Shown here in pieces: positions 28,365-37,727 of a stretch of 55,924 nucleotides of DNA. Origin of the DNA: a virus (Duplodnaviria; Caudoviricetes); IMG/VR virus record IMGVR_UViG_3300037246_000792, positions 1-55,924 of that record; one strand, 5' to 3'. The first letter of the stretch is position 1. Each line of letters starts with the position of its first letter. A program made the position numbers and the translations under genes. The notes under the pieces are model-generated. The model worked only from the letters and a program-made list of their open reading frames with translations, was not told where the DNA came from and ran no database searches.

Positions 28365-28484
28365 TGCTCAGCTCAAGGCAGCGGTTGACTAGGCCCTCAG
28401 TCCAGGAGGGTTCTGGCAATCGGTGATGCTATGTGTTTGCCAGCGCATTGCCCATCGGGGTTGGCCGCTGTCTTGAGCTGAGCA
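28365..28484 (+). other. 26-bp long-range RNA stem (RNase III-like substrate)
   Basis: TGCTCAGCTCAAGGCAGCGGTTGACT pairs with GGTTGGCCGCTGTCTTGAGCTGAGCA using only WC and G-U pairs. Confidence 0.7.
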
Positions 28485-28516
28485 ATGACAACCCCAACAA
28501 CCAATAGGAGGGGAGT

Positions 28517-30205
28517 GTGAGAACAGGGACAATCAGTGAGCAGATCGATGGGACGACAACCGTGCAGGTGGTGGAGCAAGCAGGTGAGCTGGACGTGTTG
28601 CGTGCACAGCTGAGCCAGGCACGTGCAGAGGTGGGCTCTGCTGCGCCCCTCAGGCCGTTCACCTACCGTGGTGAGCTGCTACCGTTTGAGCCGTCCAGCT
28701 ATCAGCAGGCGGTGATTGATGAGGTGCTGGATGGCTCTGGTGACATCGTGGTCAACGCGGTTGCAGGTAGCGGCAAGACTGCAACGCTGGAGCTGCTGGC
28801 CAGATACATCAAAAGCAAGGCGATGTTCGTCGCGTTCAACGCGCACATCGCCAAGGAGCTGAACGCCAAACTCAAGCCCTACGGCATGAGCGCACGGACG
28901 TTGCACTCCGTTGGCTTCGGTGCTCTGCGCTACAAGTTCAAGTTCAGCACCAAGCCTGAGCCTTCTAAGTACCGGAGATTGGCGCGTGAGATACAGGACG
29001 ATATTGCGAGGTGTAGCGCTGTCAACGGTGTCAGGCTGAGCAGCAGTCTGTGTAGCCTGCTGGCCACTGAGTACCCGCTGGGTGAGCTGTTGCAGCTGGT
29101 GGGTCACCTACGCACCACACTGGCTGAGGTGGTTGACAGGCCCACCGTGATGGCATTGGCCAACCAATACGCCATCGGTGTGGAGCCAGGCATGATGGTG
29201 TTCTATGTGCAGGCTCTGCGGTACATGCTCAAGAGAGGGGCAGCGGAGATTGCTGAGGGCCTGGTGGACTTCACCGATATGATCTGGGGCCCGTGGGTCC
29301 ACAACTGCAAACCGTTTCAGCTCAGCTGGGTCCTGGTGGACGAGGCACAGGATCTCAACCCTGCTCAGTTGGATCTGGCCATGCGCTGCAGGTATCGCAA
29401 CGGGCGCATGCTGTTTGTGGGTGACAGGTCACAGGCTATCTACGGGTTCGCCGGTGCCATGGCTGACGGCATTGATCAGATCGTTGAGGCGACCGGTGCC
29501 AAGGAGCTGCCACTGAGTACCTGCTACCGCTGCCCTACCACGCACCTGGAGTTGGCACGTGAGATCGTGCCACAGATTGAGGCTGCACCTGGTGCGCGTC
29601 AGGGTGTGATTGGTGGGTGCAGTGAAGAACAGGTGATGGAGGTGGTTGCACCTGGTGACATTGTGTTGTGTCGCACCACTGCTCCTCTCATCAAGTTGTG
29701 CTTTGCACTCCTCTTGGCTGGCGTGTCAGCGCGAGTCCGTGGCCGCAAGATCGGTGAGGCGTTGGTGGCATTGATCGAGCGACTGGCGAAGCGCAGAGCG
29801 TTCAAATACGCGGAGATGGATAGGGCGGTTGCTCTCTGGCTGAAGCGTGAGAGTGCCAAGGTGCTCAGGCGTAACGGTGGTGACCTGGAGGATAGCCAGC
29901 TCCAGGGACTGCAGGACAGGGCTGACACGGTGATGGCGCTGTGGAGTGGCAGCGATGCCACATCGATTGCTGGCTTGACTCAGGACATCGAAGGATTGTT
30001 CTCAAACGATCGCCCCAGTGTCTGGCTGAGCACGGTGCATCGAGCCAAGGGGCTGGAGGCTGAGGTGGTCTATATTCTGCGGCCGGACCTGATGCCGTTG
30101 CCATTCGCTAGGAAGGGATGGCAGGTGCAACAGGAATACAACTTGCTGTATGTGGCTCTGACACGCGCCAAGCGGGCGCTGGTGATGGTGGAGGGTTCAG
30201 CATGA
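28517..30205 (+). CDS. Superfamily 1 (UvrD/Rep-like) helicase
   Basis: AVAGSGKT, VDEAQD, GDRSQAIYGFAG, CYRCP, STVHRAKGLE and YVALTRA motifs. Confidence 0.93.
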   Translation: MRTGTISEQIDGTTTVQVVEQAGELDVLRAQLSQARAEVGSAAPLRPFTYRGELLPFEPSSYQQAVIDEVLDGSGDIVVNAVAGSGKTATLELLARYIKSKAMFVAFNAHIAKELNAKLKPYGMSARTLHSVGFGALRYKFKFSTKPEPSKYRRLAREIQDDIARCSAVNGVRLSSSLCSLLATEYPLGELLQLVGHLRTTLAEVVDRPTVMALANQYAIGVEPGMMVFYVQALRYMLKRGAAEIAEGLVDFTDMIWGPWVHNCKPFQLSWVLVDEAQDLNPAQLDLAMRCRYRNGRMLFVGDRSQAIYGFAGAMADGIDQIVEATGAKELPLSTCYRCPTTHLELAREIVPQIEAAPGARQGVIGGCSEEQVMEVVAPGDIVLCRTTAPLIKLCFALLLAGVSARVRGRKIGEALVALIERLAKRRAFKYAEMDRAVALWLKRESAKVLRRNGGDLEDSQLQGLQDRADTVMALWSGSDATSIAGLTQDIEGLFSNDRPSVWLSTVHRAKGLEAEVVYILRPDLMPLPFARKGWQVQQEYNLLYVALTRAKRALVMVEGSA

Positions 30206-30471
30206 GTATCCCAATGACGACGAGTGGACTTCAGAGGCGATTGAGTGAGCTGCCAGGCGCAAGGTTGCAGGTTGAGGGGCAGGGTGGTGGATGGCTGGCA
30301 AAGCTGACCATGTCTGGCAGGTTGATCATTCGCCTTGAAGATGGCCTTGATGATGCCGTTGGGCGTGTGGTCACGCTGGCAGAGATGATGGTGCGGGATC
30401 CCCGTCTGCGTGACTCTATTGATGCAGGGACCTGGAGCGTTCAACGCATGCTGGCAGACGCAGAGGACTAG
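30202..30471 (+). CDS. Hypothetical protein
   Basis: ATGA coupling to the helicase. Confidence 0.6.
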   Translation: MSIPMTTSGLQRRLSELPGARLQVEGQGGGWLAKLTMSGRLIIRLEDGLDDAVGRVVTLAEMMVRDPRLRDSIDAGTWSVQRMLADAED

Positions 30472-30591
30472 GCGCCTGATGGGCGCTGAGAAGACGAGCA
30501 GGCTAATGGGCACTCCGGCAAGGGCTGGGGTGCCCTTCGTGCTTAGAATCGAACACAGGCCCCAAGGTGGGGCTATCCAAGGAGTTCAGGA

Positions 30592-32001
30592 ATGGCAAAG
30601 GCAAAGAGCGTTGATGTGGCTGAGATGACACCGGCTGAGAAGAATGAGTTGTTGGAGCGGCTGGCTGAGGACATGGCTGAGGCTGCTGCTGACTGCAATG
30701 GGTCGCTGGTGCAGGCTCACTTTGAGGATGGTGACGAGGCTGCTGATACGCGTGACCGTCAGCGGACGCACAAGAAGGCGCACAAGTTGGCGCTTGAGAT
30801 CCTCAAGAGCGCAGAGCAGGAGATGGTTGACGCCATCATGGCGCGGTGTCCCTACCACGCCGATGACGTCAAGGTGCGCACAGTAACCATCACGCTGGGA
30901 CAGCTGGTGGATCGGCTGGAGAGTGGGGCAGTGGACATGGCACCGCCCTATCAGCGCAATGCTGACTTGTGGAGTAGCGCCAAGGTCTCGCAACTGTTCG
31001 AGTCGATGATCCTGAGACTTCCGATCCCTGTGTTCTACGTCCACGAGAAGGGTGATGTGTGGGCGATCGTCGATGGGCTGCAGCGTTGCGGCGGCATCAA
31101 TCGTGTCTGCATCGGTGGCATGAAGCTTCGCGGTATGGAGTACCTGCAGGAGTTGAACGGCAAGAAGCTGGCCGACCTGCCTTCCAGTCTCAAACGTCGC
31201 ATCGATGAGACGCAACTGACATTCCACGTGGTTGAAGAGTCGACACCCATCGAGGTGGTTTACAACCTGTTCAGCCGCATCAACACAGGGGGCATGAAGC
31301 TGAGTGCTCAGGAGCTTCGCAACGCGTTGCACCAGGGTCCGGCCATCGACGCCTTGCACGCCATGACGGACGACCAAGACTGGATGGCATGCACGGAAAG
31401 CAGCATCAGCGGCAAGCGCCAAGTCGACATGGAGTTTGCCCTGCGATGGTACGCTTTCGCGCGCCATGGAGCTGGTGCACTCAGGGAGTACAAGAGCAGC
31501 GACATGAACGGCTGGCTCAATGGCGCCATGGATGCGCTCAATGGCGAGGCTGACATTGAGCAGATCCGATCGGAGTGGAGTGACACCATGCAGCTGGCAT
31601 TCGCGATCTGGCAGGAGGATGCGTTCCGCAAGCCAGTCAATGAGGATGGCGACGGCAAACGCACTGGCGTCAACAAGGCGCTGTTTGACTCCATCGGCTG
31701 GGCTCTGCATCTGATCGCCATGTCTTGGCGCATCCAGGGGGGCAAGGCCATTGACGTGCTACTGGAGTCCATGGCCGAGCAGGCTGATCAGATCAAGGCG
31801 GAGTTCTTGGCATCCATGGAGGATGATGAAGAGTACATGGCCAGCATCACGCACAGCACGCGTGACAGGAAAGCGGTTGTCAAGCGCTTCAGCGTGGCTC
31901 TGAGGGTCTTGGTGAACAGCTGCGTTGATGTGGGTGATGATCTGGTGGAGAGAGTGCGGAAGTACACCACCGATGATGGTACGGTGGTTGAGCTGTTCTA
32001 G
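30592..32001 (+). CDS. DUF262 (GmrS/ParB-Srx superfamily) domain protein
   Basis: PPYQR...W...SQLFESMILRLPIP, IVDGLQR and LFSRINTGG..LS.QELRN signatures. Confidence 0.88.
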   Translation: MAKAKSVDVAEMTPAEKNELLERLAEDMAEAAADCNGSLVQAHFEDGDEAADTRDRQRTHKKAHKLALEILKSAEQEMVDAIMARCPYHADDVKVRTVTITLGQLVDRLESGAVDMAPPYQRNADLWSSAKVSQLFESMILRLPIPVFYVHEKGDVWAIVDGLQRCGGINRVCIGGMKLRGMEYLQELNGKKLADLPSSLKRRIDETQLTFHVVEESTPIEVVYNLFSRINTGGMKLSAQELRNALHQGPAIDALHAMTDDQDWMACTESSISGKRQVDMEFALRWYAFARHGAGALREYKSSDMNGWLNGAMDALNGEADIEQIRSEWSDTMQLAFAIWQEDAFRKPVNEDGDGKRTGVNKALFDSIGWALHLIAMSWRIQGGKAIDVLLESMAEQADQIKAEFLASMEDDEEYMASITHSTRDRKAVVKRFSVALRVLVNSCVDVGDDLVERVRKYTTDDGTVVELF

Positions 32002-32227
32002 GGGGGGGTGTGATGGAACGCAGAGCGAGAGAGAGACTGCCAGAGGGACGCGCACGCGCACCGCCCTCAGGGGTTGTCCTGTGCTCCAGGTAAAACCAGT
32101 GAACAAGGGAAGTGATGTGAATTGAAGTCGCCCAGGATGGCAATGAGGCCATGTCCTGGGAGGTGTGTCCGTAACGGGACAAGCGTGAATGGGTGATGTG
32201 ATGCGATGGTGTGGGTAATGCCCACCA

Positions 32228-32300
32228 GCCAGCCGCTAGAGGGTGCGTTCCTTGCGCCTCAACGGTAGCAGAATCAGGGGTTCGATTCCCTTGGCTGGCT
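32228..32300 (+). ncRNA. tRNA-like element 3 (73 nt)
   Basis: 7-bp acceptor GCCAGCC/GGCTGGC and T-arm AGGGG-TTCGATT-CCCTT. The interior folds as one long hairpin. No CCA. Confidence 0.65.
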
Positions 32301-32323
32301 TTAACGAACAAGGGAGGTGGGTG

Positions 32324-32656
32324 ATGTGTGACCACTGTGGGGATTCCACTTGTGATGGTCCGATTGTGATGAATTTTGATGAGACCGTTGGTGGGCTGGT
32401 CAAGGGTATGGAATGCGCTATCGGCCGGCTAGTCCCCAATGACATGCCAGAGGAAGCGCAAGCCGATCTGATGGTCAAGCTGTTCACTGCTGTGGGCAAC
32501 ACTCTCGTTTCTCGTGGCTCTGTGGTTGCACTGGGGCCTGAGGGCGGAATGAGTCCTGAGAATGTGGCTGATGCCATGAGCATAGGGCTGTCAGTGCTTG
32601 GCGGTTCGATGCAAATCGTAGTGGTTGGCGCACCACCAAAGGCGGAGCGGCACTGA
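32324..32656 (+). CDS. Hypothetical protein
   Basis: GGAGGTG SD, N-terminal CxxC...C. Confidence 0.65.
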   Translation: MCDHCGDSTCDGPIVMNFDETVGGLVKGMECAIGRLVPNDMPEEAQADLMVKLFTAVGNTLVSRGSVVALGPEGGMSPENVADAMSIGLSVLGGSMQIVVVGAPPKAERH

Positions 32657-32818
32657 TGGCGTGGCAAAGGATGGCTCTTGAGGTGCTGAGGACAGTGGTG
32701 GTCCCTGTGGTGGTCGCTGTTGCTTCGGTGACTCTCACTGAGGTCATCCGCAGCAGGAGGGGAAGGGGTGGCAGTGCATCGAGAGTACATACCAAGGCCA
32801 GCGCGTCTGACTCTCAAA

Positions 32819-33001
32819 ATGGAGGGAGTGAGGGTTCTAAATCTCAGGCTGGAGAGTGACCAGGCAAGGCGGCTGGTGCGTGCTGTGAGGCAGTTGCAGC
32901 GCACGCACCATCTACACGACAATGACGTTGCTGACATGTTGCTGGCTCTAGTGCTGCAGGAGGTGGCGAGTCAGGCGATACAGGAGGGAGATGATGGGTA
33001 G
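32819..33001 (+). CDS. Small hypothetical protein (possible ribbon-helix-helix)
   Basis: VLNLRL beta pattern followed by helices. Start uncertain. Confidence 0.4.
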   Translation: MEGVRVLNLRLESDQARRLVRAVRQLQRTHHLHDNDVADMLLALVLQEVASQAIQEGDDG

Positions 33002-33248
33002 TGATGTGGAGGTGAGACGGGAACGCATCATGCGTAACTGTACAGCGCGACTGGCGCAGCTTGACGAGAGCTGGGTTGAGTTTGCGGAGCGCATGGGTGT
33101 GCATCGCAACACGCTGAGATACAAGGTGCGCAAGGCCGCTGAGGGCGGCTTAGACGCACGCCACTGGCTGGCTGAGGCTTTGGGTATCAATGACAACGCT
33201 GTGGACGCAGAGGATGTGCGAGCAGCAACACAGGACAAGGGTGATTGA
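32991..33248 (+). CDS. HTH DNA-binding protein (Cro-like)
   Basis: SWVEFAERMGVHRNTLRY...LAEALGI. Confidence 0.75.
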   Translation: MMGSDVEVRRERIMRNCTARLAQLDESWVEFAERMGVHRNTLRYKVRKAAEGGLDARHWLAEALGINDNAVDAEDVRAATQDKGD

Positions 33249-34453
33249 TGGATCTCATGACAAGGGTGTCAAATTCTCAGCGGTCCACGTTTGAGGCGTG
33301 CCGCTTTCTTTGGTTCTTGACGTCGGTGCTGGGGTTGCAGCGTCGAGTTGACGCAGCCCCTCTGGCCATCGGCCGCGCTTGGGGTGACATGCAAGATGCT
33401 TGGTGGGGTGAGCCTGCCACGCATGTTGAGAGTGTTGAGCGGTTGCCTTCTGCAAGGGGTGTGCTGGACAGGTGGGTTGAGAGTCAGGAGGCCATGCTGG
33501 AGGGTGGGTTCAGCACCACTGAGCTGAACCCTGCGTTTGACTTGGATGAGCTGGGTGAAGCGTCGTGCATGCTGTTGAGCATGATAGAGAAATACGATGC
33601 GGCGCACGGCAATTGTCAGGACGATGGGTCAACGCTCATCGGCACTGAGGTGGAGTTGGAGGTTCCGATCCCTGCTCGTCGTGCTGACTCCACAGTGCTG
33701 ACCTTCCTGGGATACCTGGACAAGCTCACGGTCGACGTCTACGGCCAATATTGGGTGGTCGAGCACAAGACTACAGTCAGCGACCTGGACAAGTGGATTG
33801 AGCAGCATGCCTATCAGCCACAGGCAGCAGGCTATGTGTGGGCGCTGATGAAGCAAGGGCACAAGGTGGGTGGGGTTGTCTACGACCTGACTCGCAAGGC
33901 GACTGCTCGTTTGCCAGAGGATTGGGGAGTCTTGAAAAGCGGGAAGTCTCTCTACAAGAAGCCGCCCTCAGTGCTTGACGCTGGCGACTTCGCGCGAACG
34001 CTGGCACTCAATGGGTTCACTGTCGATGGCGATGACTCTCCATTGTGGTACGCGGAGCTGATGGACAAGCTGAACCACCAGCAGAACCCATACTCCAGGC
34101 GCACGGTGCTCAGGTACACTCAGTCCGATCTGGATCGTGTGGCATCAGAGCTATACATTGTGGGTAGTGAGATCCATGCGGCACGTCGCAAGTCAATCCA
34201 TCTGCTGGAGGCCAAGGGGCGTCAGCAGCGGCTCTTGGTTGAGGATCCTGCAAGAGCGGGTATCCATCAAGAGGAGTGGCGTGGTGAGGCTCACAGGGCC
34301 ATCGTTGAGCATGGCAATTGCTATCCTCGCAATCAGTCAGCCTGTCAGCGCTGGGGCAAACCGTGCCCGATCTTGCAGGTGTGTCAGTACAGGCAGCGTG
34401 ACTCAATGGAGCTGGTGCAGCTTCGGAAGCCAAGGGAGGTGAGCAATGGCTAA
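33245..34453 (+). CDS. PD-(D/E)XK (Cas4/RecB-like) exonuclease
   Basis: SNSQ..TF..C, GYLD...VVEHKT, Q...Y and C-terminal Cys cluster. Confidence 0.85.
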   Translation: MMDLMTRVSNSQRSTFEACRFLWFLTSVLGLQRRVDAAPLAIGRAWGDMQDAWWGEPATHVESVERLPSARGVLDRWVESQEAMLEGGFSTTELNPAFDLDELGEASCMLLSMIEKYDAAHGNCQDDGSTLIGTEVELEVPIPARRADSTVLTFLGYLDKLTVDVYGQYWVVEHKTTVSDLDKWIEQHAYQPQAAGYVWALMKQGHKVGGVVYDLTRKATARLPEDWGVLKSGKSLYKKPPSVLDAGDFARTLALNGFTVDGDDSPLWYAELMDKLNHQQNPYSRRTVLRYTQSDLDRVASELYIVGSEIHAARRKSIHLLEAKGRQQRLLVEDPARAGIHQEEWRGEAHRAIVEHGNCYPRNQSACQRWGKPCPILQVCQYRQRDSMELVQLRKPREVSNG

Positions 34454-35375
34454 GGCGGGCGATCTGTTCGAGAAGGTTGCAGGGATCAAGGTGCTTGTGT
34501 TTGGTGATCCTGGTGCTGGCAAGACCACATGGGGGGCACAGGCACCCAGTCCCTTGGTGCTGCTTACTGAGCACCATGGCCTGGCTTCGGTGGCATGTGC
34601 CAACCCTGATGCTGATGTGGTGTTGGTGCGCAACTGGACGCACCTGATGGAGCTACTCAAGGAGTTGAAGGCCGGAGTGGCTGAGGGTGGTGCGTCCTAC
34701 CGTGCCACTATCCAGGGGGAAGATCTGACATTTGACACGTTGGTTCTGGACAGCCTGACCAACGTTCACGAATCGATGGTTGAGACCTACGTGGAACCGG
34801 CTGGCGAAAAGGAGGTGATGAGGGCGTGGAACAAGGTCCAGCGGTACACCAAGGCCATGCTGCATGACCTACGATCGCTGCCCTGCAACGTGGTGGCTCT
34901 GTGTCTGGCCAAAGAGACCACCGACAGTGCCGACCGTAGGCGCGTTGTGCCCAGCATGTACGGGCAGATGAGTGGCCAGGTGGGTCAGTTTTTCTCTGCG
35001 GTGGGCTACTCCCACAAGCGCAATGGGGGGTATGCGATCGCATGGGAGTTGGCAGACGCCACCTACATCACCAAGCGCCCACCTGGCAGCAGCAAGCTCC
35101 TGCCCAGCTGCACCTTTGCATCAGACGAGGGTGATGGGTGCACGCTTGGGCAGATGGTTGGGGCGCTGTACCAGGGCGATGAGGCAGCTGCAGCAGCAGT
35201 GCTGTGGGAGCCCAAGGAGGTCAGTGACCGCAAGGCTGAGGCTGAGGCGCGAGTCAAGAAGGCTGAGGCTCTGAGGGCTGAGCAGGACGCCAGGACGGAG
35301 GGCAAGGGAAAGAGCAAGACGAAGGCAAAGAGCAAGGCAGGGACTGCAGGTCAGCAGGACATTGTGTTGCCCTGA
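34446..35375 (+). CDS. AAA_24 / Sak4-like recombinase ATPase
   Basis: GDPGAGKT and TLVLDSLT, positioned between exonuclease and SSB. Confidence 0.85.
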   Translation: MAKAGDLFEKVAGIKVLVFGDPGAGKTTWGAQAPSPLVLLTEHHGLASVACANPDADVVLVRNWTHLMELLKELKAGVAEGGASYRATIQGEDLTFDTLVLDSLTNVHESMVETYVEPAGEKEVMRAWNKVQRYTKAMLHDLRSLPCNVVALCLAKETTDSADRRRVVPSMYGQMSGQVGQFFSAVGYSHKRNGGYAIAWELADATYITKRPPGSSKLLPSCTFASDEGDGCTLGQMVGALYQGDEAAAAAVLWEPKEVSDRKAEAEARVKKAEALRAEQDARTEGKGKSKTKAKSKAGTAGQQDIVLP

Positions 35376-35423
35376 TCGAACTGAACAGGAAACGGCGCAG
35401 AGCGCCATGAGAGGAGTGAGAGA

Positions 35424-35981
35424 ATGGGTAGAGGAGATTTTGATACAGGCGAGGACTATGACATCCAGATCAAGCCAGGTCGTCACCTGGTGCAGATCAC
35501 CAGGGCGGTGGTGGCAGAGTCCAAGAAAGGAAACGACATGATCAGCATGCGGATCCACGTCATCACTGGCCCTGCTGCTGGTGCGTGGTTCCGCGAGTGG
35601 ATCAGCCTGACCCCTGGGCGGAACGGCTACGGCAAGCTCCAGAAGGTCTGTCTGGCCCTGGGTGTCGTCGGGACTCGCAATGACGAGGCGGGGCTTGAGC
35701 CGCATGACCAGGCCAGCGTGCATCAGCACCTCCTGGGCAGGGTGTTGGTGTGCAATACGTCGGTCGAGAAAGGGGAGTGGAACGGCAAGGAGCGCACCCA
35801 GATCCGCGCCGATGGGTATGAGGCATTGCCCGTCAAGGCCGCAGAGGCACTCTTGCTCAAGCACGAGAGCGGCCAGCCCGCGCTTCCAGGCGATGCCTAT
35901 GAGGACTGGGAGGGCAACGATGTGCGACCCGTCGAGGGTGGCGGTGGGTTCTCTGGTGAGGGCGATGGGATTCCGTTCTAG
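35424..35981 (+). CDS. Single-stranded DNA-binding protein (DUF669-like)
   Basis: IKPG...SKKGNDMI motif and acidic C-terminal GDGIPF. Confidence 0.85.
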   Translation: MGRGDFDTGEDYDIQIKPGRHLVQITRAVVAESKKGNDMISMRIHVITGPAAGAWFREWISLTPGRNGYGKLQKVCLALGVVGTRNDEAGLEPHDQASVHQHLLGRVLVCNTSVEKGEWNGKERTQIRADGYEALPVKAAEALLLKHESGQPALPGDAYEDWEGNDVRPVEGGGGFSGEGDGIPF

Positions 35982-36003
35982 GCAGGTGGTCAGCAGTGGC
36001 CCT

Positions 36004-36043
36004 GGCCCCTTGTGAGTTGACGCTTGCAAGGGGTCTTTCTTTT
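36004..36043 (+). terminator. Intrinsic terminator after SSB
   Basis: GGCCCCTTGTGAG/CTTGCAAGGGGTC hairpin plus TTTCTTTT. Confidence 0.75.
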
Positions 36044-36058
36044 GAGTGGAGGTGGGTG

Positions 36059-36820
36059 ATGAATCAGCTCAAGGTTGTGGCTGGGCTGCTGTATTGGTAT
36101 GCGGTGGCCAACCGGCTGGGTCAGATTGAGGGTAGGAGAGTGGCAGAGCTGTTGGTGTGTGGTGAGGCTGAGGCAATGCGCTTGGTTGTTGGTGCGTGTC
36201 AGATTGACGACAGGCTTAGCGTGAGGCGTGGCGCAGTGATGGTGAACGCGCTACTCATGCCGACTGGCAAGAAGCCAGCACCCAAGGCCAAGACGGACAA
36301 GGCGAGCAGTGCCAACGTCCGTCAAGTGTTTGACCACTGGATGAAGGCAACAGGACGTAAGCGTGGGAAGGCCCAGCTGACGCCAGGAAGGGCCAGGGCT
36401 ATCAGTGCAAGGCTCAAGGAGGGCTATACCGTCAAGCAGCTCTGTGAGGCTGTGGACGGCTGCGCTGGCTCTGCCTGGCATCAGGGAGAGAATGACAACA
36501 ACAGACGCTATGATGACCTGACACTCATCTGCAGGAGTGGTGAGAAAGTGGAGGGGTTTATTGACCTCAATGGCTCAGGGGATAGGGGGAAAGCGAAGGG
36601 TAAAACAGTGCAGACAACCAGCTATGAGCCCGACGATGTCTACCTGGCTGATCTCCTGTACAGCGAGAAGGACCCTGCCGCGGGGCTGCCCAAGTTCACG
36701 GAGGTGCTGAGGGATGCCAGCGCTGACGCCATCGAGCGATGGCTACAGCCTGCCTCCGATTGGTATCATCTGCCCGTCAGCCAGATCCGCGAACAAATAC
36801 AGGGGGTGAGTTGTGACTGA
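36059..36820 (+). CDS. Replication initiator / replisome organiser
   Basis: VFDHW...LTPGR...ARLKEGY....L..AVDG...WHQGEN...Y.DL.LI.R motif, directly before the DnaC-like gene. Confidence 0.75.
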   Translation: MNQLKVVAGLLYWYAVANRLGQIEGRRVAELLVCGEAEAMRLVVGACQIDDRLSVRRGAVMVNALLMPTGKKPAPKAKTDKASSANVRQVFDHWMKATGRKRGKAQLTPGRARAISARLKEGYTVKQLCEAVDGCAGSAWHQGENDNNRRYDDLTLICRSGEKVEGFIDLNGSGDRGKAKGKTVQTTSYEPDDVYLADLLYSEKDPAAGLPKFTEVLRDASADAIERWLQPASDWYHLPVSQIREQIQGVSCD

Positions 36821-37727
36821 GCTACCTGCAGACATACTGGCCCTGCTGCCAGCTGGGTTCCGAGACGTTAGAGCGCCTGCATTTTGCAAGAGTTGTGGCG
36901 AGGGGATACCGCGCTACCCAGGTGCATGGACCTGCATCGACTGCGCAAGGGCTGAGTGTCAGCTGATGACTGATGAGGCGGTGCAGACCTTCAGTAAGGG
37001 TGAGTATGCTGAGGCTCGCAAGGCGGACGGTGGTGAGTGTGGCAAATGCCCATCGTGTGAGGGTGAGCAGTACATAAGTCAGGACCTGTGGAAGGGCGGC
37101 CATGTGTACGCCACCGCAGAGCCATGCCCAGGCAAGGTGCTACGGCGACGTCTTGATCTGTTTAACGCTGCCAAGTGTCCAGGCAAGCACCATGCGTGTG
37201 GATTCGGAAACTATGAGGTGTTCTCACCTGCCATGGGGGTCATCAGCACATGGGTCAAGCAGTGGGCTGTGGATTACATACCCAACACCATGGGGCAGAG
37301 GGGCATTCTGCTGGGTGGTCGGCACGGAACAGGCAAGACACACCTGCTGGTGGCCCTGGTGCGTCACCTGACTATTGGCAGGGGGATCCCTTGTCAGTAT
37401 CTGGATTGGGGTGACTTGGTCCAGAAGATGCGCAGCGGGTTCAGCAAGAACACAGACAGTGAGGAGGTCCTACGTCCCTACATGACTACGCCTGTGCTGG
37501 TGCTTGATGAGCTGGGTAAGGGCGAGGCCAAGGAATGGAAACTTGACGCATTGGAGGGGCTGATTGACAGGCGCTATCGCAATGAGGCAGTGGTGACGTT
37601 GGTGGGCACCAACTTGGGTGACAAGGATCTGAGGGGCAAGGTGGGTGAGCGCATCATGAGCAGGCTGGCTGAGGGCAGCAGGCAGATGGTGCTTCAGTGC
37701 GATGACTACCGACGCAGGAGGGGGTGA
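36813..37727 (+). CDS. DnaC/IstB-like AAA+ helicase loader
   Basis: GRHGTGKT, LVLDELG, RY...TN, RIMSRL and DYR motifs. Confidence 0.9.
   Translation: MTELPADILALLPAGFRDVRAPAFCKSCGEGIPRYPGAWTCIDCARAECQLMTDEAVQTFSKGEYAEARKADGGECGKCPSCEGEQYISQDLWKGGHVYATAEPCPGKVLRRRLDLFNAAKCPGKHHACGFGNYEVFSPAMGVISTWVKQWAVDYIPNTMGQRGILLGGRHGTGKTHLLVALVRHLTIGRGIPCQYLDWGDLVQKMRSGFSKNTDSEEVLRPYMTTPVLVLDELGKGEAKEWKLDALEGLIDRRYRNEAVVTLVGTNLGDKDLRGKVGERIMSRLAEGSRQMVLQCDDYRRRRG

Noticed and set aside
30472-30585. Self-cleaving ribozyme in a hairpin-rich gap
   Set aside because: Hairpins are present, but no hammerhead CUGANGA/GAAA core or other ribozyme consensus was found.
30586-31710. 374-aa minus-strand ORF (likewise 12287-13213, 35121-36029, 47863-48714)
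   Set aside because: Antisense shadows of well-supported + strand genes.
32228-32300. Canonical tRNA genes (also 40429-40501)
   Set aside because: No valid D-arm or 5-bp/7-nt anticodon arm and no CCA, so these are reported as tRNA-like only.
33245-34453. CRISPR-associated Cas4 system
   Set aside because: No array or other cas genes. The exonuclease-Sak4-SSB context indicates a recombination module.
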